Part shown: positions 1 through 10,809 of the stretch, one piece after another
How positions within the stretch are numbered: the first letter of the stretch is position 1
How the letters are laid out: each line of letters starts with the position of its first letter
Origin: Mobula hypostoma
Lineage: Eukaryota
NCBI RefSeq assembly: GCF_963921235.1
Contig: NC_086108.1
Coordinates: 106,704,001 to 106,768,000 of the forward strand
DNA length: 64,000 nt
Reading direction: 5' to 3'
Position numbers and translations under genes: made by a program
The notes under the pieces: generated by a model
Told to the model about the DNA's origin: nothing
The model's input: only the letters and a program-made list of their open reading frames with translations
Databases searched by the model: none

Positions 1-300
1 TACATACATGTCACCATATGCAACCCTCAAACTAATTTCCTTGCGGGCATTCAGGGTAGATGCAAAGAAATACAATAGAATCAATAAAAATGCACACGGC
101 AAAGATAAACAACGAATCTGCAAAAGACAATAAATTGCAAATACAAAATAATAATAATAATAAATAAACATGAGTTGTAGAGTTCTTGAAAGTGTGTCCA
201 TTCATTCTGGATTCAGTTCAGTGTTGGGGTGAGCGGAGATGAATGAAATTATCCCCTCTGGTTCAGAAGCCAGCTGGGTGAAGTGCAATAACTGTTTCTG
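1..300 (-). mobile_element. Decayed 3' end of a Rex1/L2-type LINE
   Basis: Aligns by eye with 7340-7528 / 11813-11880 / 12131-12470, whose continuation encodes Rex1-like C-terminal residues. Confidence 0.55.
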
Positions 301-304
301 AGCT

Positions 305-840
305 CTTTAAATTCAGTAAAGTCTCTGCCTCCTTAACCACCCCGGCAGAGTGTTCCACGCACCCACCACTCTCTGTGTGAAAAACTACCTTTGATATTCC
401 CCTATTCTTTCTTCCAACCATCTTAAAATTATGCTCCCTTATATTAGCATTTCAGCCCTGGAAAATTACGTATTTGGCTGTCCACTAGATCAATGTCTTT
501 TATTATCATGCACAGCTCTATCAAGTCACCTCTCTTCCCCCTTTATTTCAAAGGGAAAAGCTTTAGCTCACTCAGTATTATTTCATAAGATTGCTGTCTT
601 ATCCAGGCAGCATCCAAGTGAATCTCCACTGCACCCTCTCTAAAGCTTCTACATCCTTGCCATCATGATGCAGCCAGACAGAGCACAATATTCCAAGTGT
701 GGTCTCACCAGAGTTTTATAGAGCTGCAGCATTACCTCACGGTTCTTGAACTCAATCCCCCGACACCTGAAGGCCAACATCGTATATGCCTTCTAAACAA
801 CCCTATCAATTTGCACGGCAACTTTGAAGGATCTATGGAT
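305..840 (-). mobile_element. Decayed CR1 LINE 3' fragment
   Basis: Contains CR1 3' motifs seen in the younger copies (accactctctgtgtgaaaaa; cacaatattccaagtgtggtctcacc is the reverse complement of the VRPHLEYC codons). Confidence 0.7.
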
Positions 841-1159
841 GCGGATGTATGCAGGAGGTTAGGGATGGAGATCGCCTGGGGAGAAGAGGACTGAGGGAAA
901 TACAGTGTATAATGTCTCTACTGAAGGTGCCCTTGCCTGCTTGGGTGAGTGTAATTTAATGATATGCATTTATCATGTAGTTAGAATGCATGATTGTAAT
1001 AATAATTAGCTCATTAATGTGTGATTTGAAATTGGCGCTCTGAATGTACAATAATTCAATCAGAGCTAAAAAAAGAGCTAACAATTCCATGGAATTTTTT
1101 CTTTCAAAATATCTCAATATAATTTTCTATTACTAACTTATTTAAAGCTTGTTACACAG

Positions 1160-1450
1160 CTGGCATTTAGGAGAGAAATGATGGTCCTCCATCTCCGTCT
1201 GTACAAAAGGATTCTTTATCACTGTTTCCATAACAATAGTTCTTTGTCCAGTCAGTGTTGTTAGTTCTGAGCTGAACACCCAAATCTGAGTGACTGGTAG
1301 ACCACTCTTAGTCTGGCCTCTATGCTTTGACCTATTTGTCATGGGTGACCCTGCCCAAAACACAAGGCCCTGACTCCAGCCAACATAGCTCCCCAGGTCA
1401 TTGAAGCATGTAAGCCTCCAAAACTTACAAGGTTGTGGTCCTCTTGGAGG
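1160..1450 (-). mobile_element. RTE-clade LINE 5'-end fragment
   Basis: Paralogous to 60905-61330. Minus strand begins cctccaagaggaccacaaccttgt...ggcttacatgcttcaatgacc, resembling RTE/BovB/Expander 5' termini as I recall them. Confidence 0.55.
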
Positions 1451-2449
1451 GTTCTATCACTAAAGTAATTTATTCTCTAAGAGAATGATCCTGTGGATTA
1501 TTATGAGAATGAACTTGGGAATGAAAGTGTTAATGTATGAGGAGCATTTGATGGCTCTGCACCAGTACCCACTGGAGTTTAGAAGAATAAGTAGAGGGGG
1601 TCCTGTTCCTGTTAATCCCAAGGCCCTCCATTAGTTGGGGGTTGAGAATAGATGTTTTGTCATAACAGTCTACGTGATACGCAAGCCATGGTAGTACGAT
1701 ATAGAGAGCAAGCTGTTGCCCATGTGGACTCCCCTTCACTATGCAGCTGGTGAATCCCAAGAAACAGCAGAGATTCCAGTGTCACAGGAGTTGCCAGTTG
1801 GCTTTGGACCTGCAGGACTGCCTTAGGGAAACCAGCTCCAGATTTTTCCGTAGGGTTTACACCCAAAGCCTTCCCCATGAGTGGGCATAGCCTCAAAGCA
1901 GTGGAGGTTTGAGATCAGGGTCTTCTTTCTCCTAGGTGAGCTGCCAACCACGACTGACGAGCCCCATCTGCCCAAAATGACGCGTTTTAAGGCGCCAGTA
2001 ACCCATCTTTGACCCTTTCCCTGTCAGTAGAAATGGTTCCACTGGGCTTAGTAGCTAAGCCACACGTGAAGGTCAAGAGCTGGACTTGGTTGTCAAAGGC
2101 TATTTTAGACACTCACCATTGGGACCATTTCATAGGTAGTGGAAGCTTATCCACACGACCAGTTTTGGTTATAACAACCTATTGCAACCTGCTGAACATT
2201 GAAGGGCCTGGATAGACTGGTTGTGGGGAGGTTGTTTCTTCTCCTATGTCTTACTGTCTTATTGTTTTATGGTAAAGGGCAGACACTGCACAGTAAGGTT
2301 TCACCAATAAGGTGATAATCCATTACTAGAAATGTTGATCAAGAAATTAATTATTAGCCAGAACCATGGGAAAACTTTCACTCTTGTCCTCTTACATTTG
2401 CTTAGCTTATGTAGTTGTGGTCTCTGTTCAACATCTCTGCTGTAAAAGA

Positions 2450-2840
2450 CCATTAGGTATAGTAGCAGAATTAGAGTGTTCAGGCTATTGAATCTGCTCT
2501 GCTATTCCAATATGAGCGATTTATTATCTCTCCCAACCCCATTTGCCTGCCTTCTCCCTATAACCTTTGATGTCCTGACTAATCAAGGACCTATCAACGT
2601 CTGCTTTAAATATACCCAATAACTTGTCCTCCACAGCCGTCTGAATTTTACAGATTCATCACTCTCTGGCAAAATAAATCTCTGTTTTATTCTGCCCGCT
2701 GGTCCTCGACTCTCCACTATAGGAAACATCCTCTCCACATCCACTCTATCTAGTATGTTCAATATTCGATAGTTTTCAATGAGATCCCTCCTCACTCTTC
2801 CAAATTCCAGTGAGAACAAGCACAGAGGCATCAAATGCTT
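2450..2840 (-). mobile_element. CR1 LINE 3' end
   Basis: ORF 2583-2834 (LFSLEFGRVRRDLIENYRILNILDRVDVERMFP) is the CR1 ORF2 C-terminus. Confidence 0.85.
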
Positions 2841-5134
2841 GCTTTTATATTCCAGTCCTATTTAGGACAGAAATGAGACAAGAAAACTTCCCGAAGTTTG
2901 TGAGTCGTTGGAACTCATTTCCTCAGGGATTGTGAGAAGAAACGGATGTGGTTTCATTAACACCATTTAAGAAAAGTTTGGATAAGTAAATGGATGGGAG
3001 GATATGGAGAGCCATGGCCCAGGTGTGGGTTGATAGGACTTGGCAGCATAAGGTGTCTCGGTGTACACAACAGTGTACTGGTTAGCACATTGCTTTACAG
3101 TGCCATTCAGTTCAGAAAGGTCATAAAGTCATACAAAAATGGACTGGCCATTTGGCCCACCATGCCCATGGTGACCAGTAGGCACCCAGTCATATTAATC
3201 CCATCTTCCAGTACTTGACCTTCAATGCTGAACAATTCAAGTACTTATCTCATCATCTCCTAAGGTGTCAATTCCCAATGGACGATAAAAGCTGGCTTTG
3301 TAAGCAATGCACATATCCAGTTAAGAACCTTTTCCCTCCTATTAAACTCCATGGTCCTTCTCCTTACTATTCCCATTCTGATAACTCTCTTACCCCTTCC
3401 ATTCTCCTCTCCTGCCCTTTACCTCCTCCTGGTGCCCCTCCTCCTTCCCATGGTCCACTTGCCTATCCTTTCAGATTCCTTTTTCTCCAGACCTTTACCT
3501 CTTCCACCTTTCATTTCCCAGCTTCGTATTTCATTTCTCCCCCTTCCCCACCCACCTACCTTCCCCCTCACCTGGACACACTTATTACTTACCAGTGTGT
3601 AACTCCTTCCCCTCCTCCATTCCTCTGTCTTCTGACCCCTTCCTTACCAGTTCTGAAGCATCTCGCCCCAAAATGTTGATTGTTTATTCCCTCTCCATAG
3701 CTGCGGCCTGACCGGCAGAGTTCCTCCAGCATTTTGTGTGTAACAATCTGGATTTTCAGCACCTGCAGAATTTCCTGCGTTCTCTCATAAAAGTCACTGC
3801 CATCACCTTTCACCAGCGTGATAGTGATGTTATCACTATTACACAAGATGGTTGGTTGACACACATTTATCTATATTACAATCACAGCTTCATCTCAAAG
3901 GTACTCACGTTGGGTGGTTTGCCAGAGACGTGCTTACATGCCCATGAAGAAAAAAGCACTTTATTTTGGTGCATTATCTGATCTTGAATGAATTTTAAGC
4001 TGAGTGGGCTGCTGTCAGTGAAAATTCTTTCCTCGGGTTAAGCAAGTGTTCCAGTTTATTTAGCTGGTAATATAATACATGTCAATTTGTGCGTGGCCCC
4101 ACAGACTGACCTGAGTGAGTTCTGGTCTTTGTACTACTATACAACTCTGTTTATAACAGAGTCATAGACTTGGAGATGGAAACAAACCTTTTTGACCTAT
4201 TGGTCCATGCCAGCCAAGATGCCTTTCCAAGCTAGTCTCATAAGCCCTCATTTGGCCCACTATCCATGCTCCCTTCTCGCTGCTTCCATGGGGAAGAAGG
4301 TACAGAAGTTAGATCTCATACCATCAGGTTATTACCCTTCAGTCATCAGGCTCCTGAACTAGCATGGATATCTTCACTCACCTCAACACTGAACTGAATC
4401 CATAACCTATGGACTCGCTTTCAGGAAGGTTGCAACTCATGTTGTCAGTATTATTTATTTACTTATTTATTATTATTATCATATTTCCAGAAATTGTCTT
4501 CTGCTTGTCAGCCTTTGCCTGTAAGTTTCATTAATCAGTCCATAGATTATAATACCACAAGATACAGGAGCAGAAGTCTGCTCCAACATTTCATCATGGC
4601 TGATTAATTTCCCTCTGATCCCCATTCTTCTGCCTTCTTCCCGTAACCCTTCATGCCCTGCTTAATCAAGAACATATCACCCTCCTCCTTAAATACATCC
4701 AAAGCCCTGGCCTCCACAGCTCCTTGTGGCAATGAATTTCCACAGATTCACGAGTTTGTAGCTAAAGAAATCCTTCCTCATCTCTATTCTAAAACAATAT
4801 CCCTGTATTCTGAGGCTGTGCCCTCTGGTCTTGGACCATTTTATAGTATTTCTTTGTTCTACTGTGAATGCCTCCAAGAAAATGAATCTCAGGACAGTAT
4901 AGAGTGACATATAAGTAAATTGATTAAAAAAATACTTTCAACTTTGAATAACTATCTAAAACCTTTCCTAACCAGGTATCTGCCTAATGATCTGTTAGAT
5001 GTTGTTATTGTTCCTGCCTTAACCATTTCCTCTGGCAAACATGAGGAAATCTGCAGATGCTGGAAATTCAAGCAACACACATCAAAGTTGCTGGTGAACA
5101 CAGCAGGCCAGGCAGCATCTCTAGGAAGAGGTAC

Positions 5135-5170
5135 AGTCGACGTTTCGGGCCGAGACCCTTCGTCAGGACT
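5135..5170 (-). ncRNA. Minimal type I hammerhead ribozyme motif, core intact
   Basis: Minus strand reads AGUC-CUGACGA-A-GGGU-CUCG-GCCC-GAAAC-GUC-GACU: stem I AGUC/GACU, conserved CUGANGA and GAAA, short stem II, palindromic ACGU in place of stem III. Such motifs are established in Penelope terminal repeats. Confidence 0.8.
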
Positions 5171-5499
5171 AACTGAAAGAAGAGCTAGTAGGAGATTTGA
5201 AAATGGGAGGGGGAGGGGGAGATTCAAAATGATAGGAGAAGACAGGAGCGGGAGGGATAGAGCCAAGAGCTGGACAGGTGATTGGCAAAAGGGATAAGGG
5301 AGGATCATGGGACAGGAGGCCCAGGGAGAAGGAAAAGGGGGAGGAGGGAAAAACCCAGAGGATGGGCAAGGGGTATAGTGAGAGAGACAGAGGGAGAAAA
5401 AGGAGAGAGAGAAAAAGAATGTGTGTATATAAATATCAGATGGGGTACAAGGGGGAGGTGGGGCACAAGCAGAAGTTTGAGAAGCCAATGTTCATGCCA

Positions 5500-5990
5500 T
5501 CAGGTTGAAGGCTAACCAGACGGAATATAAGGTGTTGTTCCTCCAACCTGAGTGTGGCTTCATCTTTACAGTAGAGGAGGCCGTGGATAGATATATCAGA
5601 ATGGGATTGGGATGTGGAATTAAAATGTGTGACCACTGGAAGATCCTGCTTTCTCTGGCGGACAGAGCATAGGTGTTCAGCGAAATGACCTCCCGGTCTG
5701 CGTCAGGTCTCGCCAATATATAGAAGGCCACATCGGGAGCACCGGATGCAGTATATCACCCCAGCCGACTCACAGGTGAAGTGTTGCCTCACCTGGAAGG
5801 ACTGTCTGGGGCCCTGAATGGTGGTAAAGGAGGAAGTGTAAGGGCATGTGTAGCACTTGTTCCACTTCCAAGGATAACTGCCAGGAGGGAGATCGGAGGG
5901 GAGGGATGGGGGGGACAAATGGACAAGGGAGTCACGTAGGGAGTGATCCCTGTGGAAAGCAGAGAGAGGGGGGCAGGAAAAGATGTGCTT
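5500..5990 (-). pseudogene. Penelope GIY-YIG endonuclease remnant, left arm
   Basis: ORFs 5703-5918 (SFQVRQHFTCESAGVIYCIRCSRCGLLYIGET*) and 5436-5636 (HFNS...LRLEEQHLIFRL..LQPDGMNI). Confidence 0.85.
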
Positions 5991-6049
5991 AGTGGTAGGT
6001 TCCCGTTAGAGGTGGCAGAAGTTATGGAGAATAATATGTTGGTCTCTCC

Positions 6050-6552
6050 CCCCACCCCTGCTTTCCGCGTGTTCGTTCCCTACACAACTCCCTTGTCCAT
6101 TCGTCCCCCCCATCCCTCCCCACCGATCTCCCTCCTGGCACTTATCCTTGTAAGCGGAACAAGTGCTACACATGCCCTTACACTTCCTCCCTTACCACCA
6201 TTCAGGTCCCCAGACAGTCCTTCCAGGTGAGGCAACACTTCACCTGTGAGTCAGCTGGGGTGATATACTGTGTCCGGTGCTCCCGATGTGGCCTTCTATA
6301 TATTGGCAGGACCTGACACAGACTGGGAGATCGTTTTGCTGAACACCTACGCTCTGTCCGCCAGAGAAAGCAGGATCTCCCAGTGGGCACACATTTTAAT
6401 TCCACATCCCATTCCCATTCTGATATGTCTATCCACGGCCTCCTCTACTGTAAAGATGAAGCCACACTCAGGTTGGAGGAACAACACCTTAAATTCCGTC
6501 TGGGTAGCCTCCAACCTGGTGGCATGAACATTGGCTTCTCAAACTTCTGCTA
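6050..6552 (+). pseudogene. Penelope GIY-YIG endonuclease remnant, right arm
   Basis: Hand translation: PGTYPCKRNKCYTCPY...VIYCVRCSRCGLLYIGRT*HRLGDRFAEHLRSV. Confidence 0.85.
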
Positions 6553-6830
6553 ATGCCCCACCTCCCCCTCGTACTCCATCCGTTATTTATTTATATACAC
6601 ACATTCTTTCTCTCTCTCTCACTATACCCCTTGTCCATCCTCTGGGTTTTCCCCCCCCTCCCCCTTTTCTTTCTCCCTGGGCCTCCTGTCCCAAGATCCT
6701 CTCATATCCCTTTTTCCAATCACCTGTCCAGCTCTTGGCTCCATCCCTCCCCCTCCTGTCTTCTCCTATCATTTTGGATCTCCCCCTCCCCCTCCCACTT
6801 TCAAATCTCTTACTAGCTCTTCTTTCAGTT

Positions 6831-6866
6831 AGTCCTGACGAAGGGTCTCGGCCCAAAACGTCGACT
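6831..6866 (+). ncRNA. Hammerhead motif, core mutated (GAAA to AAAA at 6855)
   Basis: agtcctgacgaagggtctcggcccaaaacgtcgact is the mirror of 5135-5170 with one core substitution. Confidence 0.7.
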
Positions 6867-6928
6867 GTACCTCTTCCTAGAGATGCTGCCTGGCCTGCTG
6901 CGTTCACCAGCAACTTTGATGTGTGCTG

Positions 6929-7335
6929 CATTTCCTCTGGCAGCTCATTCCATCCAGAAAAGCTGTATAAAAGAAATCCTGTTCCTTAGGTTCCTATTAA
7001 ATCTTTTCTCTCTTACCTTACAGCTATGCCTTCTAGTTCTTGATTCACTAACCCAGGGAAGAATACTGATTAATTTCACTCTGTCTGTTATGACTTTATA
7101 CACCTGAATAAGGTCTCCTCCCAGTCTCATACACATGAAGGGAAAAGGCCCTTGTCTGTCCAACCTCTCCCTATAATTCAGTTTTTTGCGTGCAGGCAAC
7201 ATCTTGTAAATACTTACTGCACTCTTTCCAGTTTAACAACATCTTTCCTAAAAGCAAGGTAAAGAAAACTGAACACAACATTCCAAATGCGGCAGCCAAA
7301 AGCTTTGTAGAACTGAAACACAATATAACTACCGT
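6929..7335 (-). mobile_element. CR1 3' fragment hosting the Penelope insertion (continues at ~4950-5037)
   Basis: ORF 6945-7202 (LNYRERLDR...GDLIQVYKVI...SRTRRH). Confidence 0.8.
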
Positions 7336-7528
7336 ACTCAAAGTTCAGAATCAATTTATTGTCAATGCACATGTACGTCACCATATACAACCCTGAGATG
7401 TATTTCCTTGTGGGCATACTCAATAAATCTGTAGATAATAATGATAGAATCAATGAAAGAACTCCCAACTAGGATGTTCAACCAGAGTGCAGAAAACAAC
7501 AAACTGTAGAAGCACAAAAAGAAGGTAC

Positions 7529-7723
7529 TGCAGCGATGTGCTACACACAGTGCTAGAATAACCACACGGAGTCGGTGAGTTGGAGTTGCGATGAAAAAGG
7601 TTTATTCAAACTTCGCGGCCTGCATTAAAGCCTTCCCGTTCCCGCCCTTTTTGCTGCCGGCCCTCTGCCTACGCGCGCTGTTTCGTGAGCCGGTTCATGG
7701 GTGCCAGAAAGTGGGTCGCCACA
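7529..7723 (-). repeat. 3' LTR (195 bp, internally deleted)
   Basis: Direct repeat of 11526-11812 with about 10 substitutions (hand count) and a 92-bp deletion. Confidence 0.95.
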
Positions 7724-7726
7724 TAA

Positions 7727-7738
7727 CCCCCCCCCCCC
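7727..7738 (-). promoter_or_regulatory. Polypurine tract
   Basis: G run on the minus strand 3 nt before the 3' LTR. Confidence 0.85.
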
Positions 7739-10700
7739 AAGAACCGGCGATACCTCCCCCAATGTCCAGTCTGGATCGGCCTCTGTTTGGGAGGTCTGCC
7801 CCTGCGCCGCGGTGCCTGAGCCTGGACCGGCTGCGCCAAGTCCACATGGGCCGGTTTGAGTCGTTCCACCGTGAAAACCTCCTCTCTCCCCCCAATGTCC
7901 TGCACGAATGTGGACCCGTTGTTCCTGATCACCTTAAACGGCCCCTCGTAGGGCCGCTGTAGCGGAGCCCGGTGTCCGCCCCGTCGTACAAAAAGAAACT
8001 TACAGTTCTGCAGGTCTTTGGGTACGCAGGTCGGGCTCTGTCCGTGCTGTGAAGTGGGTATGGGGGCCAGGTTACCGAGCCTCTCCCGTAGTCTGTCCAG
8101 GATTGCCGTGGGTTCTTCCTCTTGCCCCCTTGGGGCTAGTATGAACTCTCCTGGGACGACCAGGGGCGCGCCGTACACCCTCGGCCGACGAGGTGTGCAG
8201 ATCCTCCTTGGGCGCCGTGCGGATTCCGAGCAGGACCCAGGGAAGTTCGTCCACCCAGTTAGGCCCCTCCAGGCGGGCCATGAGAGCCGATTTCAGGTGA
8301 CGGTGGAAGCGCTCCACTAGTCCGTTCGACTGTGGGTGGTAGGCAGTTGTGTGGTGTAGCTATGATCCGAAAAGTCTGGCCATAGCCGACCACAGGCTGG
8401 AGGTAAACTGGGCGCCCCTGTCGGAGGTAATGTGGGCCGGTACCCCAAAGCGTGCTACCCAGGTTGCGATCAGTGCTCGGGCGCAGGATTCGGAGGTGGT
8501 GTCGCTGAGCGGGACTGCCTCTGGCCATCTGGTGAACCGGTCTATCATAGTTAGGAGGTACCGCGCTCCTCGTGACACTGGCAGGGGCCCCACGATATCC
8601 ACATGGATGTGGTCGAACCTCCGGCGGGTGGGTTCGAACCGCTGCGGTGGAGCCTTGGTGTGCCGCTGCACCTTGGCCGTTTGGCACTGCATACACGTTT
8701 TGGCCCATTCACTGACCTGTTTACGAAGTCCATGCCACACGAACCTGTTGGCGACCAGCCGGACAGTTGTCCTGATGGAGGGGTGTGCTAAGTTGTGAAT
8801 GGATTCGAACACCCGCCGGCGCCAGGCTGCTGGGACGACGGGGAGGGGTTGGCCAGTAGCTACGTCACACAGTAGGGTCCTCTCACCTGGGCCTACGGGG
8901 AGGTCTTGGAGCTGCAAACCGGAGACTGCAGTCCTGTAACTGGGGATCTCAGCGTCTGCCTGCTGTGCCTCTGCCAGCGCTGCCTAGTCCACCCCCTGGG
9001 ACAGGGCCTGTATGGTAGGTCTGGAAAGTGATTCTGCCACGACATTGTTCTTTCCAGAGACATGCCGGATGTCCGTCGTGTACTCGGAGATGTAGGACAG
9101 ATGTCGCTGCTGGCGGGACGACCAGGGGTCGGACACCTTAGTGAACGCAAAGGTAAGCGGTTTGTGGTCTGTGAACGTGGTGAAGGGCCTACCTTCTAAG
9201 TAGTACCTGAAATGCCGGATTGCCAGGTATACTGCCAATAGCTCCCGGTCGAAAGCACTGTATTTGAGTTCGGGTGGTCGTAGGTGTTTGCTGAAGAACG
9301 CCAGGGGTTGCCAGCGACCCTCGATGAGTTGTTCCAGCACTCCACCGACTGCTGTGTTGGATGCGTCCACCGTGAGGGCAGTAGGAACGTCCGTTCTGGG
9401 GTGCACTAGCATCGCGGCGTTTGCCAAGGCTTCTTTGGTTTTAACGAAAGCGGTTGCGGCCTCTTCGTCCCAGGTAATGTCCTTGCCCTTACCCGACATT
9501 AGAGTGAACAAGGGGCGCATGGTTCGGGCTGCTGAGGGGAGGAAACGGTGGTAGAAATTCACCATACCCACGAATTCCTGCAAGCCTTTGATTGTGTTGG
9601 GTCGGGGGAAGTGGCGGACCGCGTCTACCTTGGCGGGCAGCGGGGTTGCCCCGTCTTTAGTAATCCTGTGGCCCAGGAAGTCGATGGTGTCGAGTCCGAA
9701 CTGGCATTTGGCTGGGTGATTGTAAGGCCGAATTCGCTCAGGCGGGAGTAGAGCTGGCGGAGGTGGGACAGATGCTTCTGCCGACTACTGCTGGCTATGA
9801 GGATGTCGTCCAAATAGATGAATGCAAAGTCCAGGTCGCGTCCCACCACGTCCATTAGCCGCTGGAAAGTCTGTGCGGCATTCTTTAGACCAAACGGCAT
9901 TCGGAGGAATTCGAAAAGTCCGAACGGGGTGATGAGTGCTGTTTTGGGGATGTCGTCCGGATGTACAGGGATTTGATGGTATCCCCGGACGAGGTCTACC
10001 TTGGAAAAGATCCTTGCGCCGTGTAGGTTTGCTGTGAAGTCTTGAATGTGCGGCAGAGGGTAGCGGTCTGGCGTTGTAGCCTCGTTCAGTCTGCGGTAGT
10101 CACCGCATGGTCTCCAGCCCCCCGTTGCCTTGGGCACCATATGAAGGGGGGAGGCCCATGGGCTGTCGGACCGTCGTATGATCCCTAATTCCTCCATCTT
10201 CTTGAACTCCTCCTTCGCCAGTCGGAGCTTGTCCGGGGGAAGCCTTCGAGCACGGGCGTGGAGGGGTGGTCCCTGGGTCGGGATGTGGTGCTGTACTCCG
10301 TGTCTGGGCATGGCTGCCGTGAACTGCGGTGTCAGTACTGATGGGAAATCCGCCAGGACCCTGGTGAATTCATCGTCGGACAGCGTGATGGAGTCCAGGT
10401 GTGGGGCTGGCAACTGTGCTTCACCCAGGGAGAACGTTTGAAAAGTCTTGGCGTGGACTAATCGCTTCCCTTGCAGGTCGACCAGCAGGCTGTGGGCTCG
10501 TAGAAAATCTGCCCCCAGGAGTGGTTGGGCCACGGCGGCCAGTGTGAAGTCCCACGTGAACCGGCTGGAGCTGAACTGTAGCCGCACCGTGCGGGTGCCG
10601 TAGGTTCGTATTGTGCTGCCATTAGCGGCCCTCAGGGTGGCTCCCGGTTCTCTGTTGCGGGTGTCGTAACTAGTTGGAGGTAAGACGCTGATCTCCGCTC

Positions 10701-10809
10701 CGGTGTCGACCAAAAAGCGGCGTCCCGACTGCTTGTCCCAGACGTACAGGAGGCTGTCCTGATGGCCAGCCGCCGTAGCCATCAGCGGCGGCTGGCCCTG
10801 GCGTTTCCC
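7730..10809 (-). pseudogene. pol: Gypsy pol (protease, RT, RNase H, integrase), disrupted
   Basis: [11 protein letters not shown] (protease), PFGLKNA and YLDD (RT), TVDAS and DRELLA (RNase H), H..H..CMQC, HVDIVGP and ITSDRG (integrase), RPYEGPF (GPY/F module). Frameshift near 9715, stops at 8984 and 8360, frameshift near 8180. Confidence 0.95.
10764..10809 (-). promoter_or_regulatory. Predicted -1 ribosomal frameshift signal
   Basis: G GGA AAC in gag frame (10809-10803), 5-nt spacer, perfect 12-bp stem GGCCAGCCGCCG/CGGCGGCUGGCC with a 10-nt loop; pol is in the -1 frame. Confidence 0.85.

Larger units (their letters stand above)
5038..6928. mobile_element. Penelope-like element (Neptune type): two 5'-truncated copies head-to-head as one insertion
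   Basis: About 900-bp inverted arms (minus copy 5038-~6042, plus copy ~6043-6928). Identical 14-bp direct repeat catttcctctggca at 5024-5037 and 6929-6942. Each arm has a GIY-YIG remnant (VIYC.RCSRCGLLYIG) preceded by a Cys-rich linker (CKRNKCYTC in the plus arm). Inserted in a minus-strand CR1 3' end. Confidence 0.92.

Noticed and set aside
1600..2160. Possible twister ribozyme in an RTE-like UTR repeat
   Set aside because: Only a simple hairpin (ggcttag/ctaagcc) was found; the twister core and pseudoknots could not be placed.
4920..5515. Cluster of overlapping 66-178 aa ORFs (also 6531-6989 and 32673-33038)
   Set aside because: Stop-poor purine/pyrimidine-biased Penelope terminal repeat; no protein motifs, and frames are not conserved between copies.
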